DNA of 63,439 nucleotides, the filler included, from Intoshia linei (taxonomy: Eukaryota > Animalia > Orthonectida): the NCBI GenBank assembly GCA_001642005.1. It is 12 parts of 12 records of this genome, joined end to end, with 100 filler letters (N's around TTAATTAATTAA, not from the genome) between each part and the next. Parts side by side here need not be neighbours in the genome. Positions count along the whole stretch, not along the records: positions 47,558 to 53,106 come from LWCA01001766.1; positions 53,207 to 58,194 come from LWCA01001843.1; positions 58,295 to 59,526 come from LWCA01002716.1; positions 59,627 to 63,439 come from LWCA01002031.1; 8 more parts are not named here. The stretch is one strand, 5' to 3'. The translations under genes and the position numbers were made by a program. The first letter of the stretch is position 1; every line of letters starts with the position of its first letter. Positions 52,088-63,439 of the stretch are shown piece after piece. The notes beneath the pieces were generated by a model, which saw only the letters and a program-made list of their open reading frames with translations, was not told the DNA's origin and made no database searches.

Positions 52088-52319
52088 TTAAGATTGAGGT
52101 AAAGCAAATATTGGTGCGAGTTGTGGGTCCATCGGCATATGTTTTCGTATGTTTATGCAATATTTTTGGTCTATTAGGATTGAATTTTCTTTTACAGATA
52201 TTTCTCTGACGAGTGACATTTTTGTTTGTAACAACCTATTTAAAGACCAATGTGCTTGTATTAATTTGTTTTTCAACTTTTTCACTGTTAAGCGAATTTC
52301 AATTATTTCATTGTTTAGT
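52088..52319 (-). CDS. Tektin, last exon
   Basis: LNNEIIEI...L..KL....SL..L...K.SL..EISVKENSILIDQKYC..IRK matches the tektin C-terminus. Confidence 0.75.
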
Positions 52320-52519
52320 CTAAAATTTTATATTATTTTGGTTAGACTGATCTTTAGTTTTGTCTAGAAATTGTAGTTTTTATTTTCATGATACATGGTA
52401 CATGCATTAATTAATCGTAAATCTTATACATTCCAGACAAAAAGATTTTATATAATAAGGATTATTCAATTCTGTACAATAGAGCTTATAAGCTGACTTT
52501 TGGCTGTACTTATTTAGAA

Positions 52520-53040
52520 TGAAATTTTGTGTGTGTGTTAACAGGATACAACTGTACCACCTGTAATTTTTTTAATTTTAGGGCTGTTTTCATTAAAAAA
52601 AAGAGTAATTTGGGGTTTTGGCCCTGAAGATATATTTTTTTTAAATTTAAATTTTTTATAATATTTATGATTTTATAATCCGTATAAGAGTATATATTTT
52701 TTTAAATTCTCGAACTCGTTTGATTTTCAAAAAAAGGACAATTGGGCTTTTTAACCCATAAAATGTGAGTTCCAATTTATTTGGCTAACATGCCCAGAAA
52801 AAACTGTAATTGAAATGTGGACATTATAATATTCTAAGACTGGTAGTTATTGAAATAAACGGTAACACACACAGAAAGAAAAATCGCGTGGCATCCTAAC
52901 TTATATAAAAGGTTACGCGATTTTTGTTTGTGTGTGTGTGACTATTGAAATAACTACTACTCTTAGAATTTTTTAAAGACCACATTTCAATTATAGTTTT
53001 TTCCGGGGCGTATAATAAGATAAATTTCAACCTCCCAGGT
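52520..53040. mobile_element. Two Helitron-like repeat copies in inverted, end-to-end arrangement
   Basis: About 52780-52880 is the reverse complement of about 52915-53030. Confidence 0.75.
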
Positions 53041-53839
53041 TAGATCGAGAATTTTTTTTATACGATATTAAAAATAATGTAAAATTAAAATTTAATGGAT
53101 TTTTGANNNNNNNNNNNNNNNNNNNNNNNNNNNNNNNNNNNNNNNNNNNNTTAATTAATTAANNNNNNNNNNNNNNNNNNNNNNNNNNNNNNNNNNNNNN
53201 NNNNNNATATAGATGTGCTGTAATTATTAAATTGTTTATTTTCAAACAAGCAATGCAATTTTTTTGGTACGTTTATAACTACCAGTCCTACTCTTTGAGC
53301 CAATTCAACTCCTATAATACTACAATAATCAGTGACATAAAATATGACAGGGTCAAAATTTCTTATACATAGGTAAATACACCCTAAATTAGTAATTGTT
53401 GAATTATTGTATCCGTAAATTGTTTTATTAGAATATAAAATTTTTGCCTTGGATAAACGGTTTACACAGGATCAATTTATAGTATTCAAACTGGACCCGG
53501 TATCAATCAAAAATTTTACCTCTAATGTTTCTCCATTATGGGATACCTTTTTTATTGTATGTGGGCGTCCCTCTTGTAGTTCAAGCGAGTTTATTTCCTT
53601 ATTTTTTAAAACCCAAAATTAACTAAAATTAAAATATAAATGAAAATTTTACACATTCTACGACTTGCCCATGGAATGTGTACATTTCACAGTTGTACAC
53701 ATTCTATGCAACATACGTCCCAATTTTAAAAAATTTTTTATAGGGCCCATTGCAGGCTATCCACGGCTTTGACCGTATATTAATTTTGTTTGGTAAAATT
53801 TTTTGTTTTTCAAATGCTAATAAAATGGTTTAGAAACTA

Positions 53840-54130
53840 AAGTGCTTTTTTGACCGTGAAGGAGTCATTTAGTCAGATTCAAAATTTTTTGTTTGATAAC
53901 TGGATATAGCTCAATTGTAAATTTTTATAAATTCTGGGACTATTTTAATTTTTTAAAAAGAAGGGTAATTTGGAGTTTTTATCGTGAAAATGCACTTTTT
54001 TGAGGTTGCTATTTATGATACTGCTTATGATTTTAAAAACTATTTCAAAATTTATGTTTTATAAAATTTTAAAACATTTAGAAAAAAAAGGGTTTTGACC
54101 ATGAAGGTGTGCGTTTGTGAGGCTGAGATT
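53840..54130 (-). mobile_element. Helitron-like repeat fragment
   Basis: tttttgaccgtgaagg...gaagggtaatttgg...aaaatgcactttttgaggttg. Confidence 0.65.
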
Positions 54131-54686
54131 TACGACAATGTTAATGAGTTTACAGCGCTTCCAATAATGTATGTTTTATTAAATTTTTGGTCTGATTTTA
54201 CTTTAAAACAAAAAGACTCAAATTTAAAAACAGAAAAATAGATTTTAACATCCCCTGCGAAAAAATTATTTGAAATTGGTTTGTTTAAATTCACTGTCAA
54301 TTGTAAGTTAAGGAGAATATTCTTAAATCCTACTATTTTTATTAAAAATCCAGTTTTACTAACTCTGAAAGTGATCAAGTGCAGCTGCATAATGTTTTCT
54401 AGCAAAAAAATGCTATCACGTTTTTGATTGTCCTACGCGAAAAAAAAATATTTTATGTAATTGATTTGCCGTTTTGTATTTTGAAATTATTTTTAGTACT
54501 CCTTCCGCAATATTAATATTAAGTATTTATTAATAATGTGACTCGTTTTATAAAAGTAGATTTTTTACTTTGCAACACAGAATCACATTGGCTTAATGAA
54601 ATGAAATTTTTCAAACCCTGGGCCCACGGTTTTTAGTTTAAGAACCATGGGTATGCATTTATTTTAAATATTATATGTAATTATAG

Positions 54687-54911
54687 AAAGATGTATACAA
54701 ATCTCCCATTACCGAGCCCATGAAAATGTCGAAAAAAGGAAAATTAATATTGACAAAGAATCACAATGGATTATTTGAAACGTTGCGGTTAACAGTGGAA
54801 AACAAATCCTCCAATATTTTGAACACTGTATTTTTGGACGGTGATTTAATAATTGATCATAAATTGGAAGATATCAGATCTAGAGTAAAATCTACTCCAT
54901 TTGATGAATAA
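54687..54911 (+). CDS. Last exon of an unknown gene
   Basis: AG acceptor near 54686, open frame to TAA 54911, AATAAA overlapping the stop. Confidence 0.45.
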   Translation, partial: KDVYKSPITEPMKMSKKGKLILTKNHNGLFETLRLTVENKSSNILNTVFLDGDLIIDHKLEDIRSRVKSTPFDE

Positions 54912-54943
54912 ATTTTAATATTACATGAACAGTAAACAATATA

Positions 54944-55692
54944 TCAATCTACATCCCAATCACAAGGATCAGTCGCATTAAATTCGACTTGTTTATCGTA
55001 AACATATTTGGGGTCATCCTTGGTTATTTTATGCATTTCAATTTCATTCGACAATTGAGGTACTAAAATGTAATAATGTATGATTTATCAAATCAACCTG
55101 GTTCATTTTTTGTGGTAAATAAATTTGATTCATCTTGTATATAAAAATCGTCCAAGATATCTTGACAAATATTAATATTTTCTGGAATAGATTCGTCACT
55201 AATTTTGGAAAGAGACTGGCAACTTTCTGATTTTACCATATCTACATTTTCCATAAGTTGAGTAATTTCATTTTTAATATTTTCATTAAATTTGCTCAAG
55301 TTTTCTTCATTCAAACTATCTCGTTCATATTGTTCAAATGTTTGAATATCATCGTTTTGTATATCGTCAATATCGAGGTAATTTGCATTCTTTAAAACTT
55401 GACTAAGACATACATTTGAGTTTGAATTTTCATACAATTCAATTAATTTTTTAAATATTCTACACAGTTGGGAATCACTGAATGGGGAAAATAAACTTTT
55501 GTACTTTTTTTTAAAAATTTTTGTCAATTTTTCTTCGTTCTTCCAATTGTATTTTATCATTAATTTTTCAATTTCCCATTTCCTTATGCGGTATACTTTT
55601 TTATCATTTTTTTTGTAACAATAATTTAAATACAGACAGGCTGGATTCAAAGAAATCCCGCATTTATTGCTAATAATTGACAATTCTTTCAT
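54944..55692 (-). CDS. CEP19: CEP19-like centrosomal/ciliogenesis protein; exons 55692-55098 and 55062-54944
   Basis: N-terminal KCGISLNPACLYLNY and C-terminal KDDPKYVYDKQVEF..CDWD match CEP19 hallmarks; a 35-nt intron keeps the frame. Confidence 0.75.
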
Positions 55693-56512
55693 TTATCTTT
55701 GTTTATTAAATGTCATGCCAATTCTTCGTTTATGAAAACTTGATTTTCTTCTCTGGTTCATTGTCGCATAAATTGTTAACCTGTTGTATTTACAGGTGTA
55801 TGATAATTGTACTCATTTTATAATAAATTAAAAAGTGCGAACGTACTAATAATGTATATACTTATTGTGTTTGTAATGATTAGTACAGATGAATTCCGAC
55901 AAAAGATACCATCGAGATCCATATTCCATTTTTCGCTAAAATTTTGGCCGAGTCAAAAATGGAAAAAACACTGTTATACATAACAATATATTAAGGCAGG
56001 GATTCTCAATTGTTGCCAAAACTCAAAAACACGTTTTTTTAATGATAACCAGGAAAAATTTTTGTGTGTGTTAACAGGATACAACTGTATCACCCGTAAA
56101 TTTTTCTAAATTCTAGGGCTGTTTTCTTTAAAAAAAAAGGGTAATTTGTGGTTTTGGCCCTGAAGAATTATCATAAACAAAGCATTAGAGGGAATGTCAG
56201 TGACTTTGATTTCTCTGTTAATATCAATTCCAAGATCGCCTGTGTCTAAAATTTTTCACAAATTTTTAAACACAAGTATAGTGGAATGTAGTTCACGGGG
56301 CGGTGATTATTGCTCGAAATCGTCATCTTATCAAAGATATGATTAGAAAATGGACAGATGAAAACTGTATGTTAAATATAATTTTAAATAACTTAATCGA
56401 TTTTTTTGTATACAGTATAAAAAATTGACTTTTTGGAACAAAATTTAATTTATTGTGAACAAATTACATATTATATTATTAAGGTTAAAATTAATATATG
56501 AAATCCAAAAAA

Positions 56513-57557
56513 TCATAATTTAAGAGATTCACATGTCATGTTGAAATAACTTTCATTTGATTGCATTTCTGTATATTGGACTTGATTCACTTTGTTGCAC
56601 AAGATTTTAAAATAATTGTTTGTGAAAAAGAAAATCACTGTATGAACAATGACAACAAAGTATGATAAAACATAAGCAAATACACTGTAAATTAACCACG
56701 GTTTTCCAAAGATGAAGAAACCAAAATAATTTTGAAATAAATGAGCAACTAATGGTCCCACCATAACAAGAAAGCAAATTGTCAAAATCATTGTAATTAT
56801 TGTGTTTTTGAAACAATTTGATTTTCTCAAGTCATACCCTTCACGTTCTAGGATAACATTTCTGAAACTTTCCATTTTATAGATGGAAATGAACTGCACA
56901 ACAAAACAACACGTCAACGGAAATGTAAAACCTAAAATAAAATAAATGGCTGTTACAAGTCGACCCATACTTTGATTATCTAAATTTATATCATAATTTA
57001 TAATATAATAATGTAAATAAAAAACCTATCAAACAATAATCTAATTCATCCACCGAAATTGCTTTATTTATTCTAAAAACTTGGAAATTGGCAAGGTTGA
57101 TTATGCTTGCAATAACTGCCATAAATACTAATAATTTCTTTATGAATTTTGGCAATTCTAGATTAAGCATAAATTCAGATTGGACAATAAACAAGTATCT
57201 ATAAACAGATAAAGCCAAGAGTAAATATGGCACCAATGTGAAGACAAAAGCCCTAATGTATCCAACAAATTTACAATAATAGTTTCCAAAAATCCAGCCA
57301 TTGTTGGCGTATTGGTAAGCTACAAATGGCAAGCAAAATATAATTAGAATTAAGTAACTTGCAGATATTGAGAGATAAAAATATGATTGATAGTATCGCA
57401 TTCTTTTTATTATTTTGTAATTAATAATGATTGAAATTACTGATAAAATAGAACCAATAATAATTACAATTATTATCAAAACCGGGGCTGATATTCCATA
57501 CAATTTATAAAAAAATTCAAACGGTATATCTGATTGAGTTGAATTAGAGAGCGGCAT
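56513..57557 (-). CDS. Rhodopsin-like class A GPCR (peptide-receptor-like), 332 aa; intron 56980-57025
   Basis: Seven hydrophobic segments, N-glycosylation site NST, CLPF, WIFGNYYCKFVGY, LSVYRY, ECL2 Cys, GFTFPL. Confidence 0.85.
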
Positions 57558-57958
57558 TGCAGTAATTAAAATGAAATCAATTATTTATTTAAATGCGTTA
57601 TTTTTATTTATCAATGTTTATTAATAGTTCTCATGAAACTGGACGCAAAATTCCTTTTGATAATTATATTCATCAATTCTTTACTTGTATAAACTTGAAT
57701 GTCTGCGTGTATTCTATTGTTACTGTATCGTATATTTAAAAAATTAATAGCCATATAATTTAAAAAACCCAATTGATAATGGTTTTTTCGAAGGGGATGT
57801 TGATATCTATCTTTGAGTTTTCAAATTTGAGTACTTCACAATCAAAACCACAATTTGGCCTTTTGTTATAAATTAAAACCAACCCAAAAATTTTATAAAA
57901 CATACATTCTGGGATAGTTTTTAAAAAGAATATTCTTAAACCCAACCATTTTTACTAA

Positions 57959-58160
57959 TTTTACCCACCATAAAAGGAAAAATTTCAGTTTTACCAACCT
58001 TTAAGGTAAAAATCCACTTTTACAAACCCCTAAGGAAAAACCCCAATTTTACCAACCCTTATGGGAAAACCCACTTTTACCAACCTTTAATAGAAAAATC
58101 CAGTTTTACCAACCCTAAAAGGAAAAATTCCAGTTTTACCAACCTTTAATGGAAAAATCA
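57959..58160. repeat. Minisatellite, ~29-bp unit, about 7 copies
   Basis: Units approximate ttttaccaacc(c/t)ttaaggaaaaatcca, head to tail. Confidence 0.85.
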
Positions 58161-58294
58161 AGTTTCTGTTTTTGAGTTATATCATCCACTACAGNNNNNN
58201 NNNNNNNNNNNNNNNNNNNNNNNNNNNNNNNNNNNNNNTTAATTAATTAANNNNNNNNNNNNNNNNNNNNNNNNNNNNNNNNNNNNNNNNNNNN

Positions 58295-58637
58295 ATGGTT
58301 TTTATGTTTAATCGGAATGGTACTAGTACTCCACAAATCCATAACCTTTATTACAGTTAAATTAACAATTTCAGAGAATAAATACGTTTTACTGTTATTA
58401 TTACCATGATAAAAATAAACCTTCAATACATCTCTAATTGCCAAAAAATTATAGCACGCAAAATCTTTCATAACATACCCAATTAACCGTATATTGTCTT
58501 TGGATCTTGTTGGTAACATTAAATAATAGATTAATTTTGTAAAGTAAATAAATTTTTAATGAAACGAACAAAATTTTCACTTGTCCCTCCAGAAAATCTG
58601 AAAATAATTATTTACTATGAAAAATATGTCCACCCTA
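58295..58637 (-). mobile_element. hATm-like transposon 5' end
   Basis: TAGGGTGG terminus at 58637; ORF ...DVLKVYFYH...VMDLWSTSTIPIK resembles the 16996 ORF. Confidence 0.55.
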
Positions 58638-59626
58638 ATGTACACATTGTATACTTTTTATTAAACTTATTTGTGAAATTTATTGTAAAAACTAAAGGGA
58701 TTCTTATTTACCATTAGAAATGTATCAAATCTTAATTATTATCGTCATCATTTGGAAAAATACATAATATACATCGCTGTATTATAATAATTCTTAATTT
58801 AAAATTAAAATTAAATTAAAATAAAAAAATAAATTACCTGTTGTTTGATTAATATAATGCGCCATAAAATAAATTACTTTTTATCAATTGGGCTGATTAC
58901 ATAACCATAGATAAGGTGTCTCATAGTTATAAACGTTATGGTAAATTTTCTCAATTGGCGCAAAACTTAAAATATGTCAAACAGACAATTTATGTCATAT
59001 AAATAATATTGATTGATTAAAAAGAAAACAATTGAATAGCAAAATATTGAGGTATGTTCATCAAAAAATTAATTACAATGTATCTTTTCTTATAAATTTG
59101 AATTAATTAAATTTAATTTATAATTGTCAACTAAAAAAAATACAATGTACTAAAATTCTGTGAAAATGATTTATCTTGTAAAGTTAACTTTAAATTATAT
59201 TATACTCCCTCGCAGCAATTTTGCAATTGATATGAACCAATCTAAATAACATGCTGTTTTTCAATTTTTTATATATTAAACGATTTGGCAAGATCTTTCA
59301 TTGGTAAAAAAATAAANNNNNNNNNNNAAAAAAAAAAAAAACTTGAAAAAAGTCGTAAAAATTGAAGTTTTTAGTTATTTAGTTACTCTCACCAATTTTG
59401 CAAAACTATCGAAAATATAATAAACTCGGATTTTTTGAAAAATAATTTTTTTTAAACTGTTTTCATTATTGTAAATGACACTGTCAAATATTATTACAAA
59501 ATTAATAGAAAAAGATTTGAAGGATGNNNNNNNNNNNNNNNNNNNNNNNNNNNNNNNNNNNNNNNNNNNNTTAATTAATTAANNNNNNNNNNNNNNNNNN
59601 NNNNNNNNNNNNNNNNNNNNNNNNNN

Positions 59627-60044
59627 TTTGAAAAATATTATGAGTTATTACGAACTGGAACGCTATCATCAAGATTGTTAGAATTAAAGGAAACCCTTAT
59701 AACCGTTCAACCTGTTCAACACAAAATGAAAGAAATTTCTCTACTGCTTCTAATTTTGTTACAAAACGTAAAACGCGTTTAGAAGACGAATCTATCAATA
59801 TTATGTGTTTTGAAACACTTTTTCAACAATCTAAAATAAAAATAAATTTTTTTCTAATTAAATTTGTAAATTTCAATTTAGTAATCAAATAAACATTTTT
59901 TTGTTTCTAAAATTAATTAAGGTCTCTAAAATTTTTAATGCTTATATTTTATATGAATAAAAATTTTTTATTTTTCCCGGGTAATTAAAAATTAAATTTC
60001 CCGGTTCTCGACTTTTGTCATTTCCCGGGAAATCACAATCACTA
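59627..60044 (+). mobile_element. hAT transposon 3' remnant
   Basis: ERNFSTASNFVTKRKTRLEDESI; cccgg subterminal repeats; ends aaatcacaatcacta. Confidence 0.7.
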
Positions 60045-60625
60045 TACAGCTGTACCATTTGTAATTTTTTTTAATTATAAGGCTGTTTTTGTTTTAAAAA
60101 AAAATGGTAATGTGGGGTTTTGATTGTGAAAATTATCTTTTTTGAGGTTTTCATTTATGATAATGTTGATGATTTTAAAAACTATCCCAGAATTTATGTA
60201 AAGAGTAAAGTAAAGTCAATGAGAAAATTTTTGACGAATAGTAAATCTTTAAAATTTTTTTAAATTCTATGGCTGTTTTCATAAAAAAAAGGTAATTTGT
60301 GGTTTTGGCCCTGAAGATATAATTTTATTAAATTTAAATTTATGATAATTTTTATGATTTTAAAATCCGTATCAGCGTATAAATTTTATTAAATGCCCCA
60401 ACTCGTTTGATTTTCAAAAAAAATGACAATTGGGGTTTTTGACCCGTAAGATGTGAGTCTGGCAGGTTGAAATGTATCTTATTATTACTCAGAGAAAACT
60501 GTAATTGAAATGTGGACTGTATGAAATTCTAAGACTAGTAGTTATTTGAAATAAAGTGAAATATACACAGATAAACAAATATTGTGTAGCATATTATAAT
60601 ATGCTACATTATATAAGTAAGGATA
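60045..60625 (-). mobile_element. Helitron-like repeat copy
   Basis: Family blocks ending ...tatataagtaaggat. Confidence 0.7.
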
Positions 60626-60823
60626 AATATACCATAATTTTAACGTGTACAATAACAAAATCAAAAATTTCAATAATATTATAGCATAAAGTTCAATAAA
60701 ATTGTTGGAAATAATATTACATGGTAAATCTTGTAAACACAGTGAAAATAATTCATAATATTTCTTGGTGTATTTTTCGAAACTTAGATATTAAATTAAT
60801 CTACAAACTTTGTTAAATTGCAG

Positions 60824-62565
60824 TAATTTCGGCATGAATTGCATATTACAAAATGCTAACATAAATACGTGCCTAGTCAAAGTGCATTGTAATCTTTAAT
60901 AATACCTTATATACCATTATTTAGCAACATGCATGATTATTGCTTTTACAATTTTAATAAATTTGGCAATAATGGCACCTGCATACGTTAAAACTGGCTT
61001 TCCAAATACTAAGATCAAATCTTTTTTATTATGGTATGCGGTAAGTTACATTACAATTTAATGATTGCCTTATAATGATTATATCTTATATGTATGTTTG
61101 TACCTTGTATGCATTGTTTATTTATTATCATATTATATCTTATCACGTATCATATAACATATTATATATCTACATTGTTATGTTCACAAAGTCAAATTTG
61201 GAAAAACGTATTGTTGCCACATTTTAGTTACCCTTTACTTTGTGCCCGTAAAAGATACATTTTAAATCTTTTCTTTAATCAATAATTATTATAATAGTAA
61301 ATAAAACAATAATAAACTAATTTTGAAAAATTCGGTAAAAATACAGACTCTTTTTAAAAAGCTGAATGGAATATAAGTGAGTTCTATAAATACTCCTAGA
61401 CATTAATTTGCTATAATATTTTTAAATGTTAAATTGAATGTTTCAAAAAAAATGCACAATGTCAATAAATGATATAAAAATTTTCAAAATTTTGTAGTGT
61501 CAATGGTTAACTTATATCATTAGAAATTAACGACATTTCTCCGTAAATAGTGTAGTTTCGCCATAATAATAATGTCAATATTCCTTCTAGACGAGAGGTG
61601 ACAGACTCAATTTTCTTGACGGGCCAAATGTGAAAAAAGATTATTACGCGCGATTATTACAAAAAAATCTTTACTCAAAACATTATGGAAAAACTGTACA
61701 AAAAGAAATGTGTGTAAAAAATTGTTATAAAAATAAAAATTTATATTATAACGTGGGCCACACAAATGACACCCCTGTTCAAGGCGTAATTATATAAAAT
61801 GTATTGTGACAAGCATTAATTTAACCCATATTCTTCCAGGTTGACTACTGGTCACATAATACTAAAATAATAAAAAGGCGCGTAAAATTAAAGCTAAGTT
61901 GGTTAAAACCGAAAAGAATTAGTAAATTTTAAATTTGAATAATAATTATCATGAATTATTTTTATTTTATAATATGATTATACACATTACATTGTACATA
62001 ATAATCTATTAGATTAAATAAAACTTTTAATTGGTTAATCCTCTTTATCACTGACGGCGGGCCAAAATAACTTTTTAAAGTAATACAATAAAATGATCAA
62101 CATTGTCATTATAATCAAAATCATAATTAAAATACTAAATTTAGATGCATCGTGGTACAACAGCTTTTATTATGATGTTTGTATTAGCTGGTCTAATAGT
62201 TGCATTGATAAATGGATCTGGGTATGGTCCGGTAAATTATAATTAATTGGTTAACTATAAATTTTACCAAAACAGTGTATTATATTCATTATGTACATTA
62301 TGTATTCCATTATAATTATTAACTGATTCTTCCCAAGGCCAAAAATTGATAAAAAGCAATTTTGTTTATTTTACCATTTTTATATTATAATATCATCAAC
62401 ACCCGTCGCCAACTTTTGTAAATTTTGAAAAATTTGTAAAAATGTACAATTGTACCATTTTTATATTAATAAATGTAGACATATGATCCGACAAAATATG
62501 ATTTTGGAATTATTTATGCTCACACAGCATTTGGATTTGCTACTATTTTAGTAGTATCAATGAAC
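60824..62565 (+). CDS. Cytochrome b561 / ferric-chelate reductase (FRRS1-like), internal exons 60824-60888, 60925-61040, 62145-62231, 62479-62565
   Basis: Spliced: LVKVHSTCMIIAF...WYAMHR...YAHTAFG, giving three heme-ligand-position His in TM helices; all junctions are GT-AG and in frame. Confidence 0.75.
61593..61777. mobile_element. hAT MITE in an intron of the cyt b561 gene
   Basis: Reverse-complement similarity to 38038-38306; TSD ttctagac/ttcaaggc. Confidence 0.7.
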
Positions 62566-63439
62566 GTATGATTTACACTTTGATTTGATACGAAGGGTCA
62601 ACTTTTTTAATTTTTAACAGACTGACCAAAAAATCAAATAAAAGTAATATAAATAAAGCCTAAAAAATAGTCGTAAATAAAATTAATTATAGAATTAAAT
62701 AAATAATTAAATACAGGTGAAATGGTAAATACTGCTAACTTTCTCATCACAATGTGATAAAATATATTCAGTGTTCTCTTATTATAAGTAAACATTATTT
62801 TGAATCAATAACACTAAACAACACTGAAAAAAATTTCTGCTTAAAAATCAGATAATATGCAAATATGAATTATAATTTTTACATTCCTGAAAAAATTTTA
62901 TAAATGTATCTCGTAGTTAAAGGATTAATTAATATTTAAATATTAATATTAATAACTGTCATTTTTGTAGTTACATACAACTGAACTAATATATAAAGTT
63001 TATTCACTTTTAAATGAATGATCATTATTGTATAAAATCAAATAATTATTGTCTAATTTGTGACTTACGTCTAATAAAATCAAAAAATCTTACTCTATCA
63101 AATGTGAACCATTTTGTGTTAAACGTAAAAATCCTACTATTCACTATTATTAAACCTTTAAAAGAGTTGATCCCAAAATTGTTTCAGGTGGAACCATTAT
63201 ATCACATTACTTTTTACTTTAAAGTGAATTATTCCATCTTAATTTTTTATGTTAACATTTGCGTAAGCCAAATTAATCATCAGCCGCCAAATTATTGAAA
63301 AATAAGTTAAATTTTTTATTAAAACGCCAAATTCTTCCACCAGACACTTCAAATTAATCAATACACGTCAATAAAAAATAAACGTAATAAAAATCAGAAA
63401 AAGGATATTAAAAAATTAAAATGATTACTTATACTCTTT

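Noticed and set aside
57959-58160. CRISPR-like periodic repeat
   Set aside because: Units are contiguous with no unique spacers, there are no cas genes, and the context is eukaryotic.
10707-59626. Eleven TTAATTAATTAA motifs inside N runs, and ORFs running into X
   Set aside because: Artificial six-frame-stop contig linkers; no biological adjacency across them.
1-63439. Alternative genetic code suggested by the many short ORFs
   Set aside because: Hand-spliced RPL18A, CEP19 and GPCR genes translate cleanly in the standard code; fragmentation is due to introns and TE decay.

Overview
This is very AT-rich (about 25% GC by eye) eukaryotic genomic DNA. It is not one locus: eleven artificial 100-nt linkers (44 N + TTAATTAATTAA + 44 N) join twelve contigs, so adjacency across linkers means nothing. 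The genes are metazoan and include ciliary ones, and most introns are tiny 35-50 nt GT-AG introns. By inference this is a compact animal genome such as the orthonectid Intoshia linei. Genes reconstructed by hand splicing: an M16/C05D11.1-like peptidase, fibrillarin, a frameshifted cadherin, VPS11, TMEM164, RPL18A, a C2H2 zinc finger, the GSK3 5' part, a tektin last exon, CEP19, a divergent class A GPCR and a cytochrome b561/FRRS1-like gene. Much of the rest is decayed transposons: hAT (Buster/GTF2IRD2, hATm-like, MITEs), Tc1/mariner (one full-length IR/DR copy), Chapaev, MULE, Ty3/gypsy with a 152-bp LTR, piggyBac-like ends and an abundant Helitron-like repeat. The most interesting unexplained signals are (i) a dispersed ~60-bp palindromic element (CTGTTATGTAC-nnn-GTACA..CAG; 6 copies, several 5' of genes and pointing away from them) and (ii) tail-to-tail gene pairs whose stop codons are only 26-32 bp apart. 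No CRISPR array, rRNA or tRNA was seen. All family calls come from motif recognition, not database searches.
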